DNA of 64,000 bases from Bacteriovoracaceae bacterium. GTDB taxonomy: Bacteria > Bdellovibrionota > Bacteriovoracia > Bacteriovoracales > Bacteriovoracaceae. Every line of letters starts with the position of its first letter. Within the stretch, counting starts at the first letter, position 1. Location: contig OZ244226.1 of assembly GCA_965217035.1 (NCBI GenBank), positions 124,001-188,000 of the forward strand, in the 5' to 3' direction. Made by a program: the position numbers and the translations under genes. Shown here piece by piece: positions 10,408-20,206 of the stretch. The notes under the pieces were generated by a model, which saw only the letters and a program-made list of their open reading frames with translations, did not search any database and was not told the DNA's origin.

Positions 10408-11388
10408 TTACTGTACGTTATAGTAGACCTTAATTTCCGCACCAATCGCTAACCCATTTGGAAATTCAACAGAGTTTAACGATGCGTTATAAGTCCACTC
10501 ACTACTATCAAGTTCTGATCCATCAATAGTAACCACGATAGTGCTAACATCTGGTTGGTCACTCAGAATGTAGTTTTGGATGTTTTCAATAATACTTGTA
10601 CTGATATTGCTAAGAGTCTGAGCAAAGTTGTTACCAATATCCTCATAGCTTCCACCAATAGCATTTGAAGCATCCACATATCGTGTCCCAGCGTTACCAC
10701 CAGTTAAGTGAACGATAGAGTGAACTTGAACTTCTGATGAATCAACTTTTAAACCTTGTAAATAATTTACATAATTTGCAACTGAATCAGGAGATTGATC
10801 TTGCTCATCAGATACATAAATGATTGCAAGGTGAGCCTCAGCTCTTAAAAAAGATCCTGCATATCCATCGAAAAAAGCTTTTGATCCTTCGAGACCTCTT
10901 TCTTGACCTGAACCAGTTGTTCCAACTTTGATCAAGTCTCCAAAATCTGAGAAAAACTGAGCACTATCTTGAAGATACTTGTCATAAGTAAGTGCTTCCA
11001 TAGATCCTACAACTGGCTTACCAGCATTTGATCCATTAGTGTCAGTTGTTGTGATTGCCATGTTGAAATCTGTTCCGAGAGTAACAAAATCATTAATAAA
11101 TGCATTAAAGTTCGATGCAAGTGCAGCCTGATTGTCACCCATTGAACCAGAATCATCGACTACGAATAGAATGTCGACTGGCGCTGTCGTTGTACTTTCA
11201 TCGTAAATAAAAGTATCAACATTGTTGTCTTCACCGGGATTTGAGATAAAGCCACCATTATCTCCCGTATCACCGTCTGAAATCCCTTCAATGGTTGGTA
11301 GTTTCTCACCAAACTCTGTTCCACCACATGAGATTAGTGTCAGAAGTAGGACACTAAAAAACCCTTGTAAAAAAATACTCCTCTTCAT
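10408..11388 (-). CDS. vWA-domain lipoprotein (candidate CglB-like adhesin)
   Basis: Lipobox LISC; MIDAS DILFVVDDSGSM; IIYVSDEQD; acidic. Confidence 0.85.
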   Translation of the reverse strand: MKRSIFLQGFFSVLLLTLISCGGTEFGEKLPTIEGISDGDTGDNGGFISNPGEDNNVDTFIYDESTTTAPVDILFVVDDSGSMGDNQAALASNFNAFINDFVTLGTDFNMAITTTDTNGSNAGKPVVGSMEALTYDKYLQDSAQFFSDFGDLIKVGTTGSGQERGLEGSKAFFDGYAGSFLRAEAHLAIIYVSDEQDQSPDSVANYVNYLQGLKVDSSEVQVHSIVHLTGGNAGTRYVDASNAIGGSYEDIGNNFAQTLSNISTSIIENIQNYILSDQPDVSTIVVTIDGSELDSSEWTYNASLNSVEFPNGLAIGAEIKVYYNVQ

Positions 11389-11818
11389 TGTTCATCCTAA
11401 ATAGCGAAGAAGTGCGCCAAACAAATGGGTTTTATTCGTTACCAAATCGTACTACAACATCACTCTCGGACGAGAGCATACTCCTAACTTTTTTATTAAG
11501 TGTAGACAGTGTTTTGTAGGCGATGAGGATTAGCAAATGAAATCCATCCATCCAAGCGTAGCTTTTCGATATTTTCCAGCTTCATCAACAACAAACGGGC
11601 AACTATAGAGAAACGTTCAACAGTGCAGCTGGAAAGTGGACCTGTTCAGTCAAGATTCTAACAAAAAGTCAAAGTATTCGATACCTCGGCTACTATTTGG
11701 ACACTTATTATTGATCTAAGTAATTAAATTCATTGAGAAATATAGAGGTATTTATTTCTTACAGGTTTACTCTGTTAAATTGATTCTTTGGATCAGATGT
11801 GACAAATATTGTGGTCAT

Positions 11819-13720
11819 ATGAGCTGGAAATCAGAAGACTCTTCTAAAGAATATATGATTCCCCATTGGGGCGAAGGATATTTCTCTGTCAATAATAAGG
11901 GAGAATTTCGCGTAAACCCCTTCTCTGACGATCGGTCTATCGAATTCAGTGCTATTTTACAAGAACTCCAAGATCGAAAAATTCAATACCCTACTGTTAT
12001 ACGCTTTCACGATATTCTCATCCATCGAGTGAAAAACCTTTTCAAAAACTTTATCAATACAATGGAAAAAATTGAGTACAAGGGTTATTACATGGGTGTT
12101 TACCCCATAAAGGTTAACCAAATGCGAGAGGTTGTTGAAGAAATCACTCGAGCTGGGAAGAAGTACTTTATGGGATTAGAGGCCGGCTCAAAGGCTGAAC
12201 TTCTTGCAACGCTCTCTTTTCCACTGCCTAAAGAAGCTGTTTGCATTCTGAATGGTTATAAAGATGAAGAATATTTAAAACTCGCACTTATGGGAAGAAA
12301 GATGGGGCGGAAAATGATCATCGTTCTTGAAAAGTATTCTGAACTCGAAAAAACCATTAAAATTTCTAAGAAACTTGATATCAAACCCATAATCGGTATT
12401 CGAGCACGACTGGAGAGTCAAGGAAGTGGACCATGGGCTGAAAGTACAGGTCCATCCGCTAAATTTGGCTTTACTCCTTCCGAAATTTTAAAGGCACAAG
12501 AATATCTAGAAGAAGAAGGGATTCTTGATTCTTTTCAACTTCTCCATTTCCATATCGGTTCCCAAGTTCCTAGTCTTCAAACAATCAAAGAAGCTGCCAT
12601 TGAAGCAACTCGTATCTTTGCTGATCTTGTAAAAAGTGGAACGGAATTACGTTATTTGGATATTGGTGGTGGATTGGGAGTCAATTATGAAGGAATCATC
12701 GGAGGTTCCTCAACTTCAGTCAACTACAGGGCGAGTGATTATATAGAAAGTATTCTTACAACCATAAAACAAATATGTGATGAAGAAGAGATCAATCATC
12801 CTGATATTATTTCAGAATCAGGACGGTATATTACTGCTCACCATTCTTGCATTGTAACTGAAGTTTTTGGATCAACTCAATGTGCTTCAATTCAGAATGG
12901 AAAACTAAAATTAAAAAATCCTCAGTCGAATCATTATATTAGTGAGCTTTACTCTCTACTTGGAAATCTATCAGAAGAAAACTTCCAAGAAGCTTTCTAC
13001 CGTTCAGCTCAAATTAAATCAGAGGCTCTCCAAGCTTATAAACATGGGGAGATTTCTCTTCGTGATCGTTCTGACATTGATAATTGTCATCGAAAATTGC
13101 TTGAAACAATCGAAGAGATGGATATCGACTATGATACTTATAGCAATTTCTTTGAAAAGATTGAGAAACAAATCACAGCTCAGTATATTTGCAACCTCTC
13201 CGTTTTCCAATCAATTCCAGATTCTTGGGCCATTGAACAAGTCCTACCTATCCTTCCTTTAACAAGACTGGATGAAGAACCAACTAAAAGTGTTTCACTG
13301 GTAGATATAACCTGTGATTCTGATGGAAAAATAAAAAAATACCTTAGCGCTGATGGTAAAAGAGATTATATAAGAATGCATAAGCTTAAAAAAAATGAAT
13401 CCTACCCTATTGGAATTTTCTTAACAGGAGCTTATCAAGACATTATGGGTGATATGCATAATCTTTTTGGGCGTTTGAATGAAGTTCATATCTATTTTGA
13501 TAATGAAGATCCCCAAAAATTTTATGTTGAAGAAGTTATTGATGGAAATTCCACAGGTAAAATTCTCTCAACTCTTCAATACAATCCGGAGACAATGGCC
13601 GATCGTGTAAAGTCCATTATTGATGAGCAAATTCGAAGAGGAAAAATAAAACCTAGAGAAGGTGTCGGCTGGATCGACTATTATGAAAACTGCTTAGAAA
13701 GCTATACCTATCTTCAATAA
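11819..13720 (+). CDS. speA: Biosynthetic arginine decarboxylase
   Basis: WGEGYF, YPIKVNQ (PLP Lys), LHFHIGSQ, DITCDSDG, GAYQDIMGDMHNLFG; start set at ATG 11819. Confidence 0.96.
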   Translation: MSWKSEDSSKEYMIPHWGEGYFSVNNKGEFRVNPFSDDRSIEFSAILQELQDRKIQYPTVIRFHDILIHRVKNLFKNFINTMEKIEYKGYYMGVYPIKVNQMREVVEEITRAGKKYFMGLEAGSKAELLATLSFPLPKEAVCILNGYKDEEYLKLALMGRKMGRKMIIVLEKYSELEKTIKISKKLDIKPIIGIRARLESQGSGPWAESTGPSAKFGFTPSEILKAQEYLEEEGILDSFQLLHFHIGSQVPSLQTIKEAAIEATRIFADLVKSGTELRYLDIGGGLGVNYEGIIGGSSTSVNYRASDYIESILTTIKQICDEEEINHPDIISESGRYITAHHSCIVTEVFGSTQCASIQNGKLKLKNPQSNHYISELYSLLGNLSEENFQEAFYRSAQIKSEALQAYKHGEISLRDRSDIDNCHRKLLETIEEMDIDYDTYSNFFEKIEKQITAQYICNLSVFQSIPDSWAIEQVLPILPLTRLDEEPTKSVSLVDITCDSDGKIKKYLSADGKRDYIRMHKLKKNESYPIGIFLTGAYQDIMGDMHNLFGRLNEVHIYFDNEDPQKFYVEEVIDGNSTGKILSTLQYNPETMADRVKSIIDEQIRRGKIKPREGVGWIDYYENCLESYTYLQ

Positions 13721-13815
13721 AGGTTTATTCATTAAAGCATAGACAATTTTGTCCACAACTAAGAATCATATAATCTAAAAAAAGATTATAAATTAGAGAT
13801 ATCCGCTAATATCCT

Positions 13816-16554
13816 TTACTCAAGTCTCATGATCCCATGCTCTGTACTAAAGTAAAGCTCATTATCAATAATATTTAAATTATTAGGAGATGAACTATTT
13901 AAACCGGGATTAATATCTGAGACAATTGAAACGGCGTCACTCGTCGCATTATATTTATAGAGCTCATTGCCAAGTCCTCCTCCATCAGTCGCAGAGAAAT
14001 ACAATTCATTATTAAAAACGGCCAAATGAGATGGTGAGGAATTCATTGCTCCCGGATTAATATCAGAAACGAGGGAGAGCGTATCACCAATGGGATCATA
14101 GCGGTACAACTCATGTCCAAGTGAAGGACCAAAAGCGCTAAAATAAAGTTGATTCTCATATATTGTGAAATTAGAAGGAGTCGAGTAAGCAGAACCAGGA
14201 TTAATATCAGAAACGAGAGAAACCGTATCACCAATAGGATCATACTTATGAAGCTCAAAACCTGTACTTCCATCATGTGCTCTAAAGTAAAGCTCATTAT
14301 TCAATACAATAAAATCGACAGGAGCACTACCCGTTATTCCTGGATTAATATCTGAAACCAACGAAACAATATTGCTTGTAGAGTTATATTTATAAAGTTC
14401 ATACCCAGTTGTCCCATCAGTTGCACTAAAGTAAAGTTCATTATTGAAAACAGTCAAATGAGATGGAGTGGAATTCATTGCTCCCGGATTAATATCTGAA
14501 ACAAGGGAGACTGTATCACCAATGGGATCATACTTATAAAGTTCTTCACCTGTGCTTCCATTATTGGCCATAAAATAAAGCTCATTGTTGTAAACTTCCA
14601 TATAGTTAGGTCCAGAACCACTTGCTCCAGGGTTGATGTCAGCAACTAACGAAATGACATCACTCACAGGGTTATACTTATAAAGCTCAATTCCATTAGT
14701 TCCATCATTAGCACTAAAGTAAAGCTCATCGTTAAAGATTTCAAAGTTATTAGGATATGAACTTTCTAGACCTGCTCGAATATCAGAAACGAGAAAGACT
14801 GAATGAGTTGTTGGATCATATTTGTAAAGCTCCTGACCAATAGAGCCATCATCTTCTCCCCATGGAAAGTAAATCATTCCATTAAATTCTATCAAAGTAT
14901 TAACGTAAAATGAGAGATTAAACCTCGAATCTTTAAACTCTCTTACTCCGTCAATAGTATTGTAAATATGCAAAGATGAAGCCTTGTCACCACAACTAAA
15001 GTAAAGCTCATCGTTAAAAACCGTTAAGTCTCCAGGAGAACAACTAGCTGAGCCTGGAACTATGTCAGAAGCCAAAGAAACTGTATCAGTACCAGGATTA
15101 TATCGATAAAGCTCTGTTCCTTGTGTAACACTATAAGAACTAAAGTAAAGCTCATCATTAAAAACTGTAAACGACCCAGAAAAAGAGCTACCTGATCCTG
15201 GATTAATATCAGCAACTAATGAAGTAACATCCCCCACAGGGTCATACTTATAAAGCTCATTTCCATTAGTTCCATCATTAGCACTAAAGTAGAGCTCATC
15301 AAAAAGAACTACTAAGTCTTGAGGTGAAGAACTGACTGATCCTGGATTAATGTTAGCAACTAACGAAGTAACATCCCCCACAGGGTCATACTTATAAAGC
15401 TCAATTCCATTAGTTCCATCATTAGCACTAAAGTAAAGCTCATCATTAAGGACTATTAAATCTGCAGGATTAGAACCACCTCCTCCAGGATTAATGTCAG
15501 CAACTAACGAAGTAACATCCCCCACAGGGTCATACTTATAAAGCTCAAAACCTGCACTCCCATCATGCGCTCTAAAATAAAGCTCATCATTAAGGACTGT
15601 TAAATCTTGAGGTGTAGAACCGACTGATCCAGGGTTAATATCAGCAACTAACGAAATAACATCACTCATAGGGTCATACTTATAAAGCTCAAAACCTGCA
15701 CTCCCATCATGCGCTCTAAAATAAAGCTCATCATTAAGGACTGTTAAATCTTCAGGTGAAGAATCACCTGATCCAGGGTTAATATCAGCAACTAACGAAG
15801 TAACATCACTCACAGGGTCATACTTATAAAGCTCATCTCCATTAGTTCCATCATCATTACGAAAATAAAGCTCATTATTAAAAAAAATAGGATCTCCGTA
15901 GGATTCATCAATCTGTGCTAAACGCTCTACGACTCCAGAACTATTAAACCTAAAAATAAAAATACCTCTAGACGTATCCCCGATTAAGTACATTTGATCT
16001 CCATCGATTGCCTTCTTAGAGAGTTCTCCGTACTCAGAGAAATTTGTAAAATGGCCATCAATTCTAATACTTCCGACTGTACCGATATTAATGAAAGAAA
16101 CTTCATCATTCCACTTTTCAAGAAGCTGATCATCTGTATCAACGACGAAGATTATCTCATCATTACCATTTTCTGATTGTGCAATAACTTTAAATTCATA
16201 ACGACCTTGATTATCTCCATTATCTGAAGCATCAAAGTCGACTTCCCATGAAATAACTGCTGTTTCATTAGAAAAACTTAATCCATTAAGATTATCGCAG
16301 GCCATTGGACTGCTAACTTCCCCATCGATGACAATATCGTAATAACAAGAATAAAAGATTTGCTTTCCTTTCCCATCACTATCAGTATGAGTAATTCTAT
16401 CATCAATATCTATAACGAGATTTTGTCCTTCAGAGACGAATTGAGTTCCGATTGAGTTTAAGCTTAGAGACTCTGCCAACTCTAGTTGCAACTCATTTTT
16501 ACAAGAAAAGAATAATAAAAGAATGAAATAAATAACTTTCCATTTATTCAACAT
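13816..16554 (-). CDS. Surface lipoprotein with Ig-like domain and ELWxxDGT-like beta-propeller repeats
   Basis: Lipobox FFSC; about 14 repeats of ELYFxAxDGxxGxELYKYDPxxDxxSLVADINPG. Confidence 0.85.
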   Translation of the reverse strand: MLNKWKVIYFILLLFFSCKNELQLELAESLSLNSIGTQFVSEGQNLVIDIDDRITHTDSDGKGKQIFYSCYYDIVIDGEVSSPMACDNLNGLSFSNETAVISWEVDFDASDNGDNQGRYEFKVIAQSENGNDEIIFVVDTDDQLLEKWNDEVSFINIGTVGSIRIDGHFTNFSEYGELSKKAIDGDQMYLIGDTSRGIFIFRFNSSGVVERLAQIDESYGDPIFFNNELYFRNDDGTNGDELYKYDPVSDVTSLVADINPGSGDSSPEDLTVLNDELYFRAHDGSAGFELYKYDPMSDVISLVADINPGSVGSTPQDLTVLNDELYFRAHDGSAGFELYKYDPVGDVTSLVADINPGGGGSNPADLIVLNDELYFSANDGTNGIELYKYDPVGDVTSLVANINPGSVSSSPQDLVVLFDELYFSANDGTNGNELYKYDPVGDVTSLVADINPGSGSSFSGSFTVFNDELYFSSYSVTQGTELYRYNPGTDTVSLASDIVPGSASCSPGDLTVFNDELYFSCGDKASSLHIYNTIDGVREFKDSRFNLSFYVNTLIEFNGMIYFPWGEDDGSIGQELYKYDPTTHSVFLVSDIRAGLESSYPNNFEIFNDELYFSANDGTNGIELYKYNPVSDVISLVADINPGASGSGPNYMEVYNNELYFMANNGSTGEELYKYDPIGDTVSLVSDINPGAMNSTPSHLTVFNNELYFSATDGTTGYELYKYNSTSNIVSLVSDINPGITGSAPVDFIVLNNELYFRAHDGSTGFELHKYDPIGDTVSLVSDINPGSAYSTPSNFTIYENQLYFSAFGPSLGHELYRYDPIGDTLSLVSDINPGAMNSSPSHLAVFNNELYFSATDGGGLGNELYKYNATSDAVSIVSDINPGLNSSSPNNLNIIDNELYFSTEHGIMRLE
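13870..15890 (-). repeat. Intragenic tandem repeat, 144-bp (48-aa) period
   Basis: 15526-15608 is identical to 15670-15752 (83 bp, offset 144); other units are visibly similar. Confidence 0.92.
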
Positions 16555-16615
16555 AAAACTTTCCTCTATACAATTCCTTTATCGCTATTTTAGTGACATA
16601 TCTTAAATTTTGATA

Positions 16616-16628
16616 AATCAAGGACTTA
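16616..16628. promoter_or_regulatory. IHF-consensus-like site upstream of the propeller lipoprotein
   Basis: AATCAAGGACTTA matches WATCAANNNNTTR. Confidence 0.35.
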
Positions 16629-16811
16629 GGTTTTTAAAAAAAAGTTTATGATAAAAAAACTGACAACTTTTTTTGCCAATTTAGATCTTACCAATCAACC
16701 TGATTAATAAAAAACTCCTAGAAAACATCTAAGATCTATTAAACACATCAGAAAAATCTCAAAGATTACTTGAAGATAAAGTTAAGTTAGCAAAAAAGAG
16801 CTCGAAGTAAT

Positions 16812-17576
16812 CTAGGCTAAATTACAAGAATCAAAGAATTCAGTCTCTAAATCAAAGTGATCCTTTAATAACTCTCCAAGTGCTTGAACACCATAACGCT
16901 CAGTTGCATGATGACCACAGGCAAAGAAGTGAATTCCAGCTTCAATCGCATCATGCCAGTTGTACTCACTAATTTCACCAGTAAGATAAGCATCTAATTC
17001 TAAATCATAAGCTTGAGACCACTCATTATTTGCTCCCCCCGTAATAATTCCAATAGATCGAAACAATAACTGAGGGTTCGATGTTGCAACCCGAATAGGC
17101 ATTTCTAGTTTTTTGGAAATCACCTTTTCAAATGAATTAACGGACATAGGTTGGCAAAGTACCCCTTGAACACCAAGTGGCATCTTCCGATACTCACCAA
17201 AAGCTTGAAGATTGGTAAGTCCTAAAAGTTTTGCTAATTGTGCAGCATTCCCTGATTCAATATGAGCATCTAGCGGCAAATGATAAGCAATAAGATTAAG
17301 ATCATTTTTTATTAAAGGTGCAATTCGTCCATATTGTTGTTTCGTGACTGGTCTTGCACCCTGATGTTTCCAAAAAATTCCATGGTGAACTAAAAGAGCA
17401 TCAGCTCCCCACTCTACCGCTTTCTCTATGCTTTCTTTTGTTGCAGAAACACTTAAAGCGATTTTTTTTATTTTTTCTTTACCTTCAACTTGAAGCCCGT
17501 TAGGACCATAATCTTGAAAGTCTGAGGAACTTAAATATTGATCAAGATAATGAACGAGTTCTTCTCTTTGCACCAT
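16812..17576 (-). CDS. Nif3/YbgI-family dinuclear metal protein
   Basis: DYGPNGLQVEG, LLVHHG, AYHLPLDAH, GHHATERYG. Confidence 0.95.
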   Translation of the reverse strand: MVQREELVHYLDQYLSSSDFQDYGPNGLQVEGKEKIKKIALSVSATKESIEKAVEWGADALLVHHGIFWKHQGARPVTKQQYGRIAPLIKNDLNLIAYHLPLDAHIESGNAAQLAKLLGLTNLQAFGEYRKMPLGVQGVLCQPMSVNSFEKVISKKLEMPIRVATSNPQLLFRSIGIITGGANNEWSQAYDLELDAYLTGEISEYNWHDAIEAGIHFFACGHHATERYGVQALGELLKDHFDLETEFFDSCNLA

Positions 17577-18982
17577 TATGAGTGAATTGCCCTATTATCA
17601 GTTGCGGCCATACAAGCTTCTTTGAAAGTTTCAGTATATGTTGGATGAGCATGACAAATCCGTGCAATATCTTCAGCACTGGCCCGGTACTCCATAGCGA
17701 CAACGGCCTCAGCAATCATATCAGCACATCGAGCACCACACATATGAACGCCAAGAATTTCATCTGTTTTTTCGTCAGCAAGCACCTTAACCATTCCAAA
17801 GAATTCATTACTTGCTCTTGCTCTTCCTGATGCTTTATAAGAAAAAACACCTTTTTTATAAGCGATTCCTGCTTCTTTTAACTGATCTTCAGTTCTTCCA
17901 ACTGCGGCAACTTCCGGATGAGTATAAACAACTCCAGGAATTAAATTATAATCAATATGAGGCTTTTGCCCTGCCAGAAGTTCAGCAACATAAACTCCCT
18001 CCTCTTCGGCTTTATGAGCAAGCATAGCTCCTTTTACGACATCACCAATTGCGTAAATATGAGACTGAGAAGTTTGAAGATGACCATTCGTTTCAACTCT
18101 TCCACGTTCATCGACTTTAACCCCTGCCTTATCAAGACCGAGCTTATCCGTATAAGGTTTTCGCCCAACTGAAACTAAGCAATAATCACCCTTCAGTTCA
18201 AACTCTGAGTCTTTCTTTAAATCTTTTACTTTGAGAATAACGTTTTTACCTTTCGTTTCAACGGATTGAACTGCAGATTGAAAATGAAACTTCATTCCTT
18301 CTTTCTTAAGTGCCTTTTGAAGTTCCTTAACTGCATCTTTGTCCATAGTAGGGATCAATCGATCCATATATTCAACAACTGTGACTTCAGAACCAAGTCG
18401 GCAATAAACAGAACCGAGTTCAAGTCCAATAACTCCTCCACCAACGATCACAAGATGCTTCGGAATTTCTTTGAGAACGAGAGCTTCTGTCGAACTGATC
18501 ACTCGCTTCTTATCAATATTAATTCCGGGGAGTGAATTAGGTTTTGATCCAGTGGCAATAATTATGTTTTTTGCAGAAACCTTGGTTTTATTTTTACCAT
18601 CATCGATTTCAACTGTATTCTCATCAATAAAACTTCCATGTCCGTAATGAACATCAATTTTATTTTTTTTCATAAGGAAAGCAACACCATCTGTCGTCGG
18701 TTTCACGACTTTCTCTTGAACTCGGTTCATCATGGCCGCGAAATCAACTTTAACATCTTTAACGTTGATTCCGTGATCAGCATGACTATGCACTGTATTA
18801 AAGTATCGTTCACTAGAATCGAGTAAAGCTTTTGAAGGAATGCACCCAACATTCAAACAAGTTCCACCAAGTGTAGAATACTTTTCAATAATTGCAGTTT
18901 TTAAACCTAATTGAGCACATCGAATAGCGCCTACATACCCACCGGGACCAGACCCGATCACAACAACATCATATTGACTCAT
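17576..18982 (-). CDS. lpdA: Dihydrolipoyl dehydrogenase (E3)
   Basis: GSGPGGY, GGTCLNVGCIPSK, MLAHKAEEEG, HAHPTYTE. Confidence 0.97.
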   Translation of the reverse strand: MSQYDVVVIGSGPGGYVGAIRCAQLGLKTAIIEKYSTLGGTCLNVGCIPSKALLDSSERYFNTVHSHADHGINVKDVKVDFAAMMNRVQEKVVKPTTDGVAFLMKKNKIDVHYGHGSFIDENTVEIDDGKNKTKVSAKNIIIATGSKPNSLPGINIDKKRVISSTEALVLKEIPKHLVIVGGGVIGLELGSVYCRLGSEVTVVEYMDRLIPTMDKDAVKELQKALKKEGMKFHFQSAVQSVETKGKNVILKVKDLKKDSEFELKGDYCLVSVGRKPYTDKLGLDKAGVKVDERGRVETNGHLQTSQSHIYAIGDVVKGAMLAHKAEEEGVYVAELLAGQKPHIDYNLIPGVVYTHPEVAAVGRTEDQLKEAGIAYKKGVFSYKASGRARASNEFFGMVKVLADEKTDEILGVHMCGARCADMIAEAVVAMEYRASAEDIARICHAHPTYTETFKEACMAATDNRAIHS

Positions 18983-18991
18983 AATTACCTT

Positions 18992-20194
18992 TTATACGTC
19001 CAACAAGAGTCTTGTTGGATCTTCAATTAATTCTTTAATTCGTTTCAAGAAACTTACGGATTCCTTTCCATCAATAATTCTATGATCATAACTGAGGGCA
19101 ACATACATAACAGGGCGCACTTTAACCTCTCCGTTAATCGCAACAGGACGTTCAACAATATTGTGCATTCCAAGGATTGCAGATTGAGGAGTATTAATGA
19201 TCGGAGTAGAAAGCATTGACCCAAAAACCCCACCATTTGTAATCGTGAAAGTTCCACCAGTCATTTCATCAATAGAAAGCTTTCCATCTCTGGCCTTAAG
19301 AGCGACATCCATGATTCCTCTTTCAATTCCAGCAAGACTTAATTTTTCAGCATCTCTTACGACAGGAACAACTAATCCCTTAGGAGTCGACACAGCAATT
19401 CCAACATCACAATAATTGAAACTCACCATTTCCTGTCCTTCAATTTGAGAATTAACAGCAGGAAACTCCTGAAGAGCAATACAAGCAGCCTTCGTGAAAA
19501 ATGACATAAAACCAAGACCAATATTATGTTTTTCTTTAAACTGTTCTTTATATTTCTTTCGTAATGCCATGACTTCAAACATATCGATTTCATTAAAAGT
19601 CGTAAGCATTGCAGTCGTTTGTTTCGCCGTCACAAGTCTTTTCGCAATAGTTTTTCTAAGAGCACTCATTTTCTTACGACTGATCTCTCTGTTTCCAGAA
19701 GGAATAATCTCTGCTTGCGGTGTTGGTGCAGAAGCAGGTGTTAATTTAGCGTTCAGAGCATCACCTTTTGTGATTCTTCCGTCTTTTCCTGTTCCTGTTA
19801 CTTGTGAAGAATCAACCCCTTTTTCGGCCATAATCTTTTTAGCAGCTGGCGAGGCGATCCCTGCAGCATTTGTGCTGGCTGGCGCTTGAATCTGAGTACT
19901 AGCAGTTTCCTTTGGCTCCTGACTCTCGCCTCCTGATTCCTGAGATTTAGCAGGAGCTTCTCCTGGAGTAATATTCCCGATAACTGCCCCGACATCAACT
20001 GTATCACCTTCTTCAATTGTTATATTGAGAATACCTGCTTGTGGAGAGGGTAATTCCATTGAAGCTTTATCAGATTCAATTTCAACGACGGGTTCATCAA
20101 GGTCAACAAACTCTCCATTACTTTTCATCCAAGTGGCAATGGTTACTTCGGTAATTGATTCACCAACAGAAGGAACTTTAATTTCTACTGACAT
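18992..20194 (-). CDS. sucB: 2-oxoglutarate dehydrogenase E2
   Basis: Lipoyl domain IESDKA, E3-binding [10 protein letters not shown], catalytic YDHRIIDG. Confidence 0.97.
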   Translation of the reverse strand: MSVEIKVPSVGESITEVTIATWMKSNGEFVDLDEPVVEIESDKASMELPSPQAGILNITIEEGDTVDVGAVIGNITPGEAPAKSQESGGESQEPKETASTQIQAPASTNAAGIASPAAKKIMAEKGVDSSQVTGTGKDGRITKGDALNAKLTPASAPTPQAEIIPSGNREISRKKMSALRKTIAKRLVTAKQTTAMLTTFNEIDMFEVMALRKKYKEQFKEKHNIGLGFMSFFTKAACIALQEFPAVNSQIEGQEMVSFNYCDVGIAVSTPKGLVVPVVRDAEKLSLAGIERGIMDVALKARDGKLSIDEMTGGTFTITNGGVFGSMLSTPIINTPQSAILGMHNIVERPVAINGEVKVRPVMYVALSYDHRIIDGKESVSFLKRIKELIEDPTRLLLDV

Positions 20195-20206
20195 AGGTCT
20201 TTCCTT

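Noticed and set aside
11590..11660. c-di-GMP-I riboswitch suggested by GGGCAA...GAAA
   Set aside because: Flanking bases do not form the P2 stem and the downstream conserved elements are absent
13870..15890. CRISPR array or DGR template in the 144-bp repeats
   Set aside because: Repeats are in-frame coding units of one ORF with no unique spacers; no cas or reverse transcriptase gene in the window
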